A stretch of DNA of 64,000 nt from an uncultured Nitrososphaeraceae archaeon (lineage in GTDB: Archaea; Thermoproteota; Nitrososphaeria; Nitrososphaerales; Nitrososphaeraceae): positions 1 to 64,000 of the forward strand of contig CAWGVG010000026.1 of NCBI GenBank assembly GCA_963825865.1. The letters run 5' to 3'. Numbering within the stretch: the stretch's first letter is position 1; the number at the start of each line of letters is the position of its first letter. The notes under the pieces are model-generated. The model searched no databases. It saw only the letters and a program-made list of their open reading frames with translations, and had not been told where the DNA came from. Positions 34,591-46,437 of the stretch are shown in pieces. Position numbers and translations under genes: made by a program.

Positions 34591-34803
34591 AAGCTACCTT
34601 TCAAAATAATATGAAGAAGATTGGCAAAACCAAATTATGCCCCAGGTCTCACATAATTATTAACTAATATAGTTATATAGTAAAGTAGACCTAGAGTAAG
34701 TTTTGATCAGCATTGAGTAAAGAAGCAGTGTATTTCATATTGAAAATAAAAGCAAAGATAAAGAGGTGTTGGTAAGAGCATTATATCTCAACTTCACGCT
34801 AGT

Positions 34804-35043
34804 TTGGATAGTAATGATGAGAAAAAGAAGGTTTTAAAATACAGACAAATACATTTCCTGCTTTGTGAATCATGCTTCTGGTGCACTTCATATATTAATT
34901 CTAGTAGCATATCCATTTCTAAATGTCCATGCTGTCACAATAACAAAATAAAGTGGATGCCAATACCTATAGTTGACCTTTGCAAATTAGATCATAAACT
35001 CACAGACCTTTTATCATCATTATTCTATCTACACTTCCAATAG
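34804..35043 (+). CDS. Small zinc-ribbon protein
   Basis: FLLCESCFWCTS...KCPCC...WMPI. Confidence 0.6.
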   Translation: MDSNDEKKKVLKYRQIHFLLCESCFWCTSYINSSSISISKCPCCHNNKIKWMPIPIVDLCKLDHKLTDLLSSLFYLHFQ

Positions 35044-35817
35044 TAATTAAAAACGCATAACTACTTATGCTAGGACAATTTTAAACCTCTAGTTATTATA
35101 TTAAGTTAAAGGAAAAGTGAAGCAAAATACAAACACAATGCTATCTCCTTTTAAGAATATTTTATCTATGATGATTATGACGTCAGATAATATATTAATA
35201 CAAAAATACATAGACCACAATACTGGCCAGAATTCATGTAACTTTACCACTTTAAGTGAATTACAATCAAATTATTAAATTTATTTAGAAGGGGAATGTG
35301 ATGGGAGTCTCAAAGTTCGTATAACATTCCGGCACCCCTGAAAGGACTAAATTGTCAAGATTTATTTGCAACCTTTATTCTTTGCTCTTCATAAAAAAAA
35401 CAGTAAGTCAGATGCCAGTCTCGAAACTTAATAATTTCTTTACAATACCTGGGCTAAGAATATGTCAGGTATAATGGTGGACTTTAACTTATTCTGGCTA
35501 TACTTTTGAGCGTGTTAGTTTCTGCCAGCACTCCAAACAGTAATCACCATCATCTTTGAATATCTCTGCTAATTTGTTTTTACAATGTTTGCAGAAATGG
35601 GGGACTGTTGTTGTTGATGATGATGCTCTTGCTGCACGTATTATTATTATTAATTAATCTCTTAGCTCTTTCTTTAGACCTCCACACCCTCAAAGCTGAT
35701 CTACAAGATACAGCAAAAATAATGAATAGTGGAACTACAAACTGAACGGGACGGTCGGTCGGTCGGTCTCAGAACTGCGAAGTCTATAACTGCAGACTTT
35801 TTTATTTAGCCAATATG

Positions 35818-36078
35818 TTAAGGCTTAATTACATTATTATTCCTATTCACAGATACTTCTTCTACTTTGGTTGAAATCTTATACCATTTCTCATTGTGCT
35901 TGAATACATGCACAGAGGCCTTTTTGTTACTCATAGAACCGAAACCATTTATCCTTTCACTCAACCTAGATCTTAGTTTGTCAACTTGATATTGCGCAAT
36001 CATAAGATTGCCAACAATATTTTCAAGTTCCAGATCCCTTTGCTCTTCAATGTTTGGAGCCTGATTTTTGTTATTCAA
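35818..36078 (-). CDS. Hypothetical protein
   Basis: 86-aa protein-like ORF with ATG start. Confidence 0.5.
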   Translation of the reverse strand: MNNKNQAPNIEEQRDLELENIVGNLMIAQYQVDKLRSRLSERINGFGSMSNKKASVHVFKHNEKWYKISTKVEEVSVNRNNNVIKP

Positions 36079-36500
36079 TCTTTTTCTGTTATTTGTTAAT
36101 CTGCATTTTCAATATATAGTCTGTTTCCTATTCTATAACGATTTTCTTCAATGTAGGATGCTTGGTCGACAACAGGCGATGATAAATTCGCTGCACATAC
36201 AGGTATTCCTTGTTCTAGTTGTAATTCTTGTTCTCCTTCTAACAGAATACTGCAACTCATATGTGTGTCTGTATACATCTTCACAACATAGGATAATAAT
36301 AGAATCAGGAGAAAGATATTGAGCTTTGACAGCACAATTGAATTCAGAAAGAAGCTTTCACTATTAACAGTTAAGTTTTCTTATCATTGAGTAATCAATA
36401 TTACATATAAGAAGTAATTTATTTTCATTATCAATAATAATAATAAACTATAGATATATTTGATTAGTGCTGACATAGAAATCATGATAATTTGCTAATA

Positions 36501-36953
36501 CTAAAGAGTAAGGAAATGAGGATGGCTGTTTGCAAAGGTTAATTCACCATTATCAGTATAAGTACTACAATCTGTATGGGGATGATTTTCATATCCATCA
36601 CAATGTAAAAATGTAACAGTCTGATTACCTGTTCTTGCTAAATCATAGTATTTAGAAACAATATTAACTATAGTTGGATCATTCCAATCTATATCAAAAG
36701 GATATGCAAATATTGTAGCATTTATTTCATGATCTGCTAGACATTGTTTTGACTGACCTATTTCATAAGTTAACACATCAGGTGTCATTTGATTCATATG
36801 GTTGTGGTTCATACTATGGGACTCTACATCATACCCTTCGTTATGTAGTGTCTTTATTTCTTGCCAACTCATCCGATCTCCTCTTCCAGCGTAATTGCAG
36901 ACAACAAAGAAGCTAGCTTTAAAACCATATTGTCTAATATTGGCTTGGTACAT
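36501..36953 (-). pseudogene. Polysaccharide deacetylase (NodB) fragment
   Basis: YGFKASFFVV, MSWQEIKTL, ESHSMNH and FAYPF present; TFDDG motif missing. Confidence 0.85.
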
Positions 36954-37067
36954 GTTATAGGATCTCTAATGTACCGCCCTGCTATAATAAGCTCGACTGA
37001 TCCAATAGACTTCAAACTTTTATATGTAAAGCAAAATCATAAGCATTTTAATTCACATGGAATTAAA

Positions 37068-38355
37068 ATGGGCGCCAAAGTAATTATTCCATTTGGTTGG
37101 CTGTCTAAAGACGGTAAATTACTTTTAGCTGCAAGAACAATAAGGACATTTGCATATGGTTTTCTAAGTGTGGTTCTTGCAATCTATTTAAAGCTAATTG
37201 GATTCGACGACCTTTACATTGGCTTAATACTTACTGCTACCCTAATCAATAGTGTTATCTTTACTCTAATAGCTAGCTTTTATGCAGATAGGATAGGTAG
37301 AAGAAAAATCCTAATTGTATATGCAGGTTTAATGTCCTTATCTGGATCAATATTCTTTGTAACAACTAACTACATAGCATTAATTGCATCTGCTTTCATT
37401 GGAACAATTAATGTAACTGGAACAGAAACTGGTGCTTTTCTTTCAATAGAACAGGCAATATTACCTCAGACAGTTAGTGAGCCTAAGAAAAGAAATACAG
37501 TCTATGCTCTTTATAATATGGTTGGAACGTTTGCAATGTCTGCAGGAGTTCTTCTTACTGGTTTTCCAAGTGTTCTTGAACATCAATATGGATTACATCA
37601 GGTTGAGTCCATAAAACCACTTTTCTTGTTCTATAGCATACTTGGATTAGGAGTATTAGGAATTTACTTTTTACTTTCGAAGAAGATAGAGATAGAGACA
37701 TTAGAAGGAGAAGAAAAAGATGAAAACAATAATAAAAAGAAGATACCACAATCAAGGAAGCAAACTTTATCACCAAAGTCAAAGGAAATAGTTGGTAAAT
37801 TATCTGGGCTTTTTGCTATTGATTCTTTTGCTGGTGGCTTTGTTATTCAAAGTATTGTATCTTTTTGGTTCTATACAAAGTTTGGAGTGGATTTGACAAC
37901 ACTATCATACATTTTCTCTGTTGCGGGGGTTCTTACTGCATTCTCATTTCTTGTAGCCACAAAAATTGCAGATAAAATTGGTTTGATGAACACAATGGTA
38001 TTTACACACATTCCATCCAATATTTTGATCATACTTGTTGCATTTGCTCCTACACTTCCACTAGCCATTGCACTATATCTTGCTAGAATGGCTCTATCAC
38101 AAATGGATGTACCTACAAGGCAATCATACATAGTTGCTGTAGTTAAGGAAGATGAAAGAACTGCGAGCAGCGGGAATAACTAATATTTCAAGAAATGTTG
38201 CTCAATCAGTATCTCCATCCTTGGCTGGCTATATATTGCAATCCTTGTCTTTTTTGTCTGCGCCGTTTATCGTAGGAGGAGTGCTAAAAATTGCTTATGA
38301 CATAGTCTTGTATTTTAACTTCAAAAATATCAAACCATCAGATGAGAAGCAATAG
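37068..38355 (+). CDS. MFS transporter, frameshift near 38165
   Basis: ADRIGRRK motif A and about 12 TM segments; C-terminus continues in ORF 38152..38355. Confidence 0.9.
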
Positions 38356-38556
38356 TATTAGTATTTGTTTACAATTACTAGTAACAGAGCATCAAGATTT
38401 TCTAAAGAAAGTATGTTGGTTTGATTATTTCAAAAAATATCATAAACAAGTTTAATTCATTTGTGTTTTGTAGTTGACTGCTGTTTCTCTTCTCTTCTGC
38501 CATTGTGTTGTTAATACTAGCTAAATAATACTGATGCATATGAGCTAAAAGATTCT

Positions 38557-39522
38557 CTATTTAACTTCAGCATGGGTCATACTATTACTGCTATTATTAT
38601 TGCTATCTGTAGCATTGGTACTACCAGTTGGACTAGCTGTTTGAAGCATCTCTTCTTCTTCTATTTGATCTTCTACCTCCGTAGCTAATTGCTGAATGTT
38701 CTGCGCTGTACTTCCTTTTGCTAGTTCTTTGTTTACATGAATTACAAAACTATTTATCTTTTCGTATGGGGTTCCAATTCTAGATGGTAATTTGTCTGCC
38801 TGTTGTTGAGTTGTTATAATGCTTCCTGGTGGTACGAATTTGTCATCTGGTATTGAAACGCCGTTAGTCACAGTACTTGACACCCCAACGGCGACTCTCT
38901 TACCGACTTTTGCGTTGAATATGAAACTCTTCATGCCTAGGAATGTATCATTTCCAATATAAGCAGGGCCGTGAACCCCCACTCCATGGGCAACGCTTAC
39001 TTTGTCACCGATAAATACAGAGAACCCATCTTTAAAGCTAGTATCGTTTGCTTTTAAAAGAGTTCCTTCCGTAGAATAACGTCTGTCATCTATATTTGTA
39101 CCATTTACTGTTGTTTCAAGTCCATGCAAACTGGCTCCATCTTGCAAGTTAGAATAATCTCCAACATGAATGGGAGTACCCTCATCTCCTCGGCATACGG
39201 CAGTTGGTGCAACTAACACTAGTTTTCCTATCCTACAATCTCCAATGATTACTGCGAAAGGATCAATGTATGCGCTATTTGATATTTGCGGATTTGTTAC
39301 AGTGGGATTGAAATCTGTTTTTATGTTTGGACGTAAGTTAGTACTCTTATTTGTCATAGTGTCAGTTGTTGTAGTAGTATTGTTTAGTTGGTACTGTTGT
39401 TGTGGTACTGCATATGCTGATATTTTTAAAGTAAAAATTCCTTTCAGATTATATGATGTTGATATAACGAGAATAGCTGCTACTAATGTCAATGATGATA
39501 ATAATATAAGTATCTTATTCAT
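38557..39522 (-). CDS. cam: Gamma-class carbonic anhydrase (Cam-type) with signal peptide
   Basis: CRGDEG, SNLQDG, His ligands in SLHGLET and VAHGVGVHGP, hexapeptide repeats, hydrophobic N-terminus. Confidence 0.9.
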   Translation of the reverse strand: MNKILILLSSLTLVAAILVISTSYNLKGIFTLKISAYAVPQQQYQLNNTTTTTDTMTNKSTNLRPNIKTDFNPTVTNPQISNSAYIDPFAVIIGDCRIGKLVLVAPTAVCRGDEGTPIHVGDYSNLQDGASLHGLETTVNGTNIDDRRYSTEGTLLKANDTSFKDGFSVFIGDKVSVAHGVGVHGPAYIGNDTFLGMKSFIFNAKVGKRVAVGVSSTVTNGVSIPDDKFVPPGSIITTQQQADKLPSRIGTPYEKINSFVIHVNKELAKGSTAQNIQQLATEVEDQIEEEEMLQTASPTGSTNATDSNNNSSNSMTHAEVK

Positions 39523-40230
39523 TTTTACTAACCTGTGATTTGCATATATTATGAGTACTATGTAAGGTTTTTGCCACCTTGTCATCAGTTTTGATTTGCG
39601 CTTAAATGTAATAATGTACTTATTGTGGATTGGGTTAATTTTCTGATCTTCGTTCATATGCTATAATGCTCTGAAAATTTATTACAGCAACAAAACTTAG
39701 TAATATAATTTAGAAGACAGCGAATAAATAAGAATGCAACAGTTAGCCATATATACGATAATGATAAGTTATTTTTCTCAACTATCTATTCTGTATCTTA
39801 GTCTACTTTTGACATATACAACTTTTGTTAACTTACCACAATCTTCTTTCGCACAAACAACAAATACAAATCAAACATCCACAGAAATAAAATCACAACC
39901 AAAAGCATTAACGACACCCTGTAAAATAAGAGCCTACAGCACAAGGCCCAGAATATAAAGCAGGGCCACCATAGCCCATAGATAAAGCAGTAATTTCGCT
40001 CGCATAGTACTTAGGAATTTGGAACGGTGTTATAGAGATTATTGTCTATAGAAAAAACATAGCGACAATATTTATCTTTATATAAATATAAAGTTCTAGT
40101 ACTTACATAGGCATAAAACCTGTCATGAAAAGATCTAATTGCATTTTTTCTATTTGCACCAATTATGTCTTTGACAAATGTTCAGATGGTTTGAATTCGT
40201 TGACCTTTACGAGTCTACGATCTTTTAGAA

Positions 40231-41109
40231 TCATTCTCTTATAGCACCCATGGTTAACCCCTTAATCATTTGCTTTTGGAGAGATAACATTAAAACTAAC
40301 ACCGGAATAATAGCAAGAGTTATGCCAGCGGTAAGGTAACCCCATTGAATTCTGTATATTGAAATAAACTGGTATAGTGCAACTTGAAATACCACAGAGT
40401 CTGGTCGGTTTGCTAAGACTATTGGAAGTATAAACTCATTCCACGAAAATCTAAACGACAAAACCGCGGCTATGGCAAAACCAGGTATTGATAAGGGTAT
40501 GGTAATTCGCTTTAATACTCCCAATCTTGAACATCCATCTATTAACGCAGCCTCTTCAAGTTCTTTTGGTATGGTTTCGAAGTAATTTTTGAACAAAAGT
40601 ATGTTTAATGGTATAATCAAGATTTGGAATGTAAGTATCAGGGAAATAGGTGAATTGAGCATACCAATATTAGATAACATAGTGTACAAAGGTATTATGT
40701 TTATAACAACTGGTATCATGAAAAGCCCCAAGATGATGCTCATAATCAAGTTCTTCCCCTTAAACTCAAATCTTGCAAATGAGTATCCGCCTAGAGCACT
40801 CACCACAACACTTAAAGCTGTACTGCCCATGCTAACTACAAAACTATTGATTAGACTACGTACTAGACCAGGATCAGTTAGTACAAAAACATAGTTGCTG
40901 AATGTTATTTTCTCCGGCAGAAACTTAGGTGGGAAGTTTATAGCTTCTTCATTTGGCTTAAATGATGTTGAAAGCACCCATACAAGTGGAAACAATGTTA
41001 TGAACAAGAAGATTGCAATTAATGCATAGATCAAAGTTCGTTCTGTAAAGAACCGAATATTATTGATGGCAGTATTGTTGTTAAAAATTATTCTCTTCTT
41101 TTTTTGCAT
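40231..41109 (-). CDS. Carbohydrate ABC transporter permease (MalG-like)
   Basis: IPKELEEAALIDGCS EAA loop and FSWNEF. Confidence 0.95.
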   Translation of the reverse strand: MQKKKRIIFNNNTAINNIRFFTERTLIYALIAIFLFITLFPLVWVLSTSFKPNEEAINFPPKFLPEKITFSNYVFVLTDPGLVRSLINSFVVSMGSTALSVVVSALGGYSFARFEFKGKNLIMSIILGLFMIPVVINIIPLYTMLSNIGMLNSPISLILTFQILIIPLNILLFKNYFETIPKELEEAALIDGCSRLGVLKRITIPLSIPGFAIAAVLSFRFSWNEFILPIVLANRPDSVVFQVALYQFISIYRIQWGYLTAGITLAIIPVLVLMLSLQKQMIKGLTMGAIRE

Positions 41110-41114
41110 ATTTT

Positions 41115-41973
41115 CTACCTTCGGAGAAGTTTAATGTAAATAAAAGCTACAACTAGATTTATAGCAACAAGGATTAACCCTGCAGTCGCGCCTTTAGAAA
41201 GTAGTCCGAATTCAAATGCTTGTCTGTACATATAAAGAGATGCGGTTGTACCTAGAGAATAATGGACCACCTCCAGTCATCACTAACTGCAAATCAAACA
41301 AATTCACAGACCACATAGTAATTAGTATAAGATTAATTACTATGAAGGGTTTAAGCAAAGGGACAGTTATGTGAAAAAAAGTCTTGATTTTCGTTGCTCC
41401 ATCTATTATCGCAGCCTCGTATATAGTTGGATTAATTGAGAATGTACCTGCAGTCAAAAATAACATAGTGAACGGTGTACCATACCACATATTCGCAATT
41501 ACCATTGACCATACCACCATATTTGGATCTGAAAGCCAATCAACTGGTTGCAAACCAATCCTGTCAAATAGATAATTTAATATGCCGAAATTATAATCAA
41601 AAATGAACTTGAATGAAAAAGCGGCTATGACCGCAGAAATAGTCCAGGGTACAATAAGCACTGCGCGTAGTACACCAGGCGCTCTTACTTTCTGATTTAA
41701 TAATGTAGACATAAGCAAGCCTGCACCAAATTGCAGAACAACTGATCCTGCAACAAATAGAAGGGTGACTTTAAGTGAGGTGTGGAAATTAGGATCCTTA
41801 ATTAGATCAAAGAAATTCTCCCAACCCACATATTTCCATCCCTTGATAATTGTAATGAGAGACACATCATGTAATGAAATGTATATATTCCAAAAAAGTG
41901 GAAATACTAGAAAAACAAGAAGTATCACAAATGCAGGAGTAAGAAATAGATATGGTTCTGCTCTTTCAAACAT
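41115..41973 (-). CDS. Carbohydrate ABC transporter permease (MalF-like), +1 frameshift near 41252
   Basis: IYEAAIIDGA and MTGGGP; tail TTASLYMYRQAFEFG continues in another frame. Confidence 0.9.
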
Positions 41974-42033
41974 ATTCCTAGACCACTTCTTGCACGAACG
42001 TTCAAACTTGTTATTGCAGTTTATATTAATTTA

Positions 42034-43358
42034 TTACCATCCCAAAACCTTTGCTGACTTTGCAGCAGCTTCATCCAATGCTTGTTTAGGATCCTTCATA
42101 CCATAATATACCTCGTCGATAGCCTGTTTTATATTGTCAGATATCTGTGGATATTCAGGTATATTAGGTCTGCTATGTCCTATTGGGATCATGGATATCA
42201 TTTCCCTATAATATGGTATAGATGCGTTCAAAATAGCTGCATAATGACCTTCACCAATGGGTTTCTGAGTTGGAAGGTATCCTTCTTTCTGCAGCATTGG
42301 TGTCAACACTTGTGGGTCAACCAAAGTTGTAAGTAACTCCCATGCCAGATCTTTATTTTGAGAAGTTTCCGGGATGCCAAGAATCCATCCACCTATCATT
42401 GTAGCACTCTTATCACCTATTTTTGGTACTGGAAACATAGGCAACATTCCTATTTTCTGATTAAGAGTAGCCCACTGCTCATGTGGAAATACGCCAAGCA
42501 GCCATGATCCTTCCAACATAACAGCGAACTTTTTATCAGCAAACTCTTGTCCCCAAAAATGATTTATTTGAGGTCTTATACCTGAGCCAACTTGTTGTTT
42601 AAGAAATTCTAATGCTTTAATTCCTGCAGCGCTATTGTACTCTGGAAACCAATATGTTCCCTTGGTTGGATGACCATTCTTCTGTTTAAGTATTTCGCCT
42701 CCCAGCATCCATAGATAAGGATACCACATATCAGGTGAATGGCTTGCGCCAACTAGGTGCATACCTTGGATCCCTTGGCCCCTCAGTGCATTGTTAAGTT
42801 GCTTTGCACCTGCAATATATCCATTCCATGTCTTTAAGGAGTCTGGGTTTATTCCCGCTTTATCTAAAAGGTCCTTCCAATACCATATAGCCCTTATATC
42901 AGTCCAAGCCCAGACACCATACAATTTACCGTTGTATTTGCCGCCATCCCAGTTTGTTTGATACCAATCCTTTTCTCTTCCCCATGTTTTGGCACGATCT
43001 GTTAGATCACTCAGAAATCCTCCTTGAGCAAATTCTCCAAGCCATGTTTGATCTACCGATACAAGAATCGATAGGAGTTCGACCCGCCATTGCTGTTAAA
43101 ATCTGTGTCCTCGTAGCATCATATGGCAAAACTCTATAGTCTACTTTAATATCTATATCAGGATGTTTTTCTCTCAATTTTTGCTGTGCACTGTTAAAGA
43201 GAATATCCCATCTCTCCTTCGGTTCTGCCACAATTGCAGTAAGAGTAACTTGTTTCTTCTGAGCTGAGATTGGAGTTATAAAACCATGTGCGATTGAAAG
43301 GATTAAAGATACAACAAGAATAATGCTCGCTAAAAGTAATGGTCTTTTTTACATTCAT
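42034..43358 (-). CDS. Carbohydrate ABC transporter substrate-binding protein, frameshifted
   Basis: Signal-like N-terminus, AMAGRTPID / VSVDQTWLGEFA, FAVMLEGSW, GGWILGI and PKQALDEAA. Confidence 0.9.
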
Positions 43359-43624
43359 AACACAACTTGTATGATATCATAATTTTTAAGAGTTATTAGT
43401 ACACATATAAGAAAAGTATTAGCATCTCCTACAATTGTGTAAACGCACATATGGATAGATTCATACGATGTGCAAACAACCATACAAGCTACTTTTTAGA
43501 GACATAGTAATGGATTCGGCCTTTTGTATGCATTATAACATGTTATTATTTTAGAAAACAAGAACTGTTGTGAGAAGATTAATATTTTCTATTGAAAAAT
43601 CCCACTAAGCAGCAAAAGTTTGTT

Positions 43625-44754
43625 ATGAGTCTTAGTCTTAAGGTTGAAAAGTTGACAAGGAAGTATGGTAATGTAAAGGCACTTGATAATTTTTCTCTAG
43701 AGGTCAATTCTGGCGAGTTTATGGTGCTGTTAGGTCCTTCCGGGATGTGGAAAGACTACTGTTGTAAGATGTATTGCAGGTTTAGTTAAGCCTACTACTG
43801 GTCAAATATATATCGGGAGATCAATTAGTTAACCAGTTGCCTCCAAAGGATCGTGATGTAGCAATGGTATTCCAGAACTATGCTCTTTATCCGCATATGA
43901 ATGTGTATGATAATATCGCATTTCCATTAAAGATGAGAAAAATTCCAAAGCAGGAAATAAAAGATAAAGTTAGAAATATATCACAACTACTAGAGATAGA
44001 AAACTTTGTTAACAGAAAACCTAAGGAACTTAGCGGAGGTCAAATGCAAAGGGTAGCATTGGGTAGGGCATTGGTGAGAGAACCAAAAATCTTCCTCATG
44101 GACGAACCGCTAAGCAACTTAGATGCAAAGTTACGTACATATATGAGAGCTGAAATTAAAAAGTTGCAAAAGAAGATAGGTATAACTACGCTCTATATTA
44201 CACATGATCAAATAGAAGCGATGAGTATGGCAGACAAGGTTGCAGTGATGAATAGCGGTTTGGTTCAGCAGATTGGGACTGCAGAGGAGATATATAGGAA
44301 GCCTGCAAACACATTTGTAGCTGATTTCGTAGGAAGTCCATCAATGAATTTCCTCAAATGTAATATATTTGAAAACGATTATTGTAATATTATTGTACTT
44401 GATTCAAATGGTGCTCGTTTGCAATTCCCAATTAACAAATTTCCTTTTAAATTGTCTGCTGAGAAAAATATTATAATTGGGATAAGACCAAGAAATATTT
44501 TATTTTTAGATAATGGAGATTTTAATGGTATCAAATTAAAAGGTAAAATATCATTCAATGAGTTATTAGGTGATGATTCTTTAGTAGAAATTAAAATAAG
44601 TTTTGATGATTCGATAAAAGTTGCAAATACTGATCCTAACTTTGATTTTACTGTTGGAAAAGATGTCACAGTTGGAATCCCTTATGACAAGATTCATTTT
44701 TTTGACCCAAAAACTGGGAATAGGTTAGTGTTGGAAAGTACAGGTAATCTTTAG
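43625..44754 (+). CDS. Carbohydrate ABC ATP-binding protein (MalK/MsmX-like), +1 frameshift in Walker A
   Basis: LLGPSG / CGKTT, VFQNYALYPH, LSGGQMQR, DEPLSNLDAKLR and a TOBE tail. Confidence 0.95.
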
Positions 44755-45014
44755 AAGGATTTTTTGGCTGATGACAGAAAATAAAAGTTGTTGAGTAATA
44801 AGAGGAATTAGAAACAGCAATTAACGATCTGATAGTCGGCGATCATGACGTTGAAGTCAAGAACCAGGATTATTTATATATAGATATATATATTTAATAA
44901 CATACATAACATTACTGTTAGTTCCTGGGTATCAAAAATTATTTGCAAAGTATAAAACTTCTTTGTGAAATGTCAAGACTGCATTTTTCAATATTCTTTT
45001 CTTCATTATTATCA

Positions 45015-45890
45015 TCACGCTCCCGAAAGTGCAATCATCAAGTCTGTAATAAACCCTGCAAACAATCCCACAAAAATTCCTATCATCAGAACACTGTTAG
45101 TAGTCTGCTTTCTTCCTGAACTGTACATGAGCAGTGAAACATATATCAAAGCTCCTCCAGCAACAGACAGAAATAGTATAGAGGCTATACCAGAAGTCCC
45201 TAGACTACCTATTAAAGTGCCTATGAATGTTGGTCCACCGCCTATTAATCCTAGTAATATTAGGAAACGAACTTTAGGTTTCTTTACAAGTCCTGTGAGT
45301 GGACCAGCTATTCCAAATCCTTCTGTCGCATTATGAGCACCAAATCCAATTATCAGCAACACTGCAAGTGAAATTGCACCTGACACATATGACTGGCCTA
45401 TAGCTAATCCTTCGCTAAAGTTATGCGCACCAATTCCTATTGCAATCATCATAGCAAGTTTGTATGCATTTACTTCTTGCAATAGATGTTGTTGACTTTC
45501 ATGATAATGATCTCCAGATGATGATGCTGTGACAACACCTTCATCTGTTCCAAACATCTTGTGTGATTGGACGGGCCTCTTCATGTATCTGCTTTCATAC
45601 CATGTTAGTCCTAAAAGTCCTATTCCAAGTCCTCCAAACATAGCCAGGAGACTAACAATAGCATTTGATAATGATGATTTACCCGCAATAGCATCATTTG
45701 CAGCTTCTTCAGCTGACTCCCATGCATGACTAAAGACATCAATTATCAAAAATACCAAAATCCCAATTGCAAACGCATTAAGGAATCCTTTTTTCTTTGG
45801 GCTTAACTTCTGGAGTGCAGCTAAAGGTAAACCCAAGAATATAGTAAAGCCTGCTATTGAACCTAATAGCAAAAGTTGCCAGTAATCCAT
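45015..45890 (-). CDS. ZIP-family divalent metal transporter
   Basis: HNFSEGLAIG and HNATEGFGIA metal-binding TM motifs. Confidence 0.9.
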   Translation of the reverse strand: MDYWQLLLLGSIAGFTIFLGLPLAALQKLSPKKKGFLNAFAIGILVFLIIDVFSHAWESAEEAANDAIAGKSSLSNAIVSLLAMFGGLGIGLLGLTWYESRYMKRPVQSHKMFGTDEGVVTASSSGDHYHESQQHLLQEVNAYKLAMMIAIGIGAHNFSEGLAIGQSYVSGAISLAVLLIIGFGAHNATEGFGIAGPLTGLVKKPKVRFLILLGLIGGGPTFIGTLIGSLGTSGIASILFLSVAGGALIYVSLLMYSSGRKQTTNSVLMIGIFVGLFAGFITDLMIALSGA

Positions 45891-45978
45891 TGGATTTCAC
45901 TCACCTCTTGATACAAGGCCTCTATTTATAACACGGTTCAGATGATTTGGACACTCTGACGCTTGGATAATAATCATA

Positions 45979-46338
45979 TTAGGTTTACCTAATTAGGTTG
46001 GCCTATTATATAAACCAATACATAATTCTCTATAATGATAACTGTCAATATACTTTAAGTTCCACGATATCAAAAATTATGTATCATTAATGAGCGATTA
46101 GAGATTTTACGTAGAGAGAATTGAAGATAACAATACATATTAGGTTTACCTAACTATTATAACAAAAACACCTCTAGCATCATGAATTGGCATCTGTCAA
46201 CAAAATATCCACCTTACAAACCATGAAGAATTGAAAGAAATTATTCCTACTTGACTCCCATTACTAATTCTGTTTATATTTCAAGTATACTAATTATTTG
46301 TACATAGCACGAGAAAATAATGTTTTAGGTTGGCCTAA
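45979..46338. promoter_or_regulatory. Four DtxR/MntR-type operator boxes
   Basis: TTAGGTTTACCTAA (45979, 46140), TTAGGTTGGCCTAT (45993) and TTAGGTTGGCCTAA (46325). Confidence 0.85.
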
Positions 46339-46437
46339 TTAGAGGAGAAAAACGTGTTATAGTCTTACGTTTTACTAGAAAGAGAAAAAGTAAATAACTG
46401 ATTACTGTTAACTACTAGCCGTCTAGAGGATATTACT

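Noticed and set aside
36861-37067. Long N-terminal extension of the MFS ORF
   Set aside because: It overlaps the opposite-strand deacetylase fragment; ATG at 37068 is the more plausible start.
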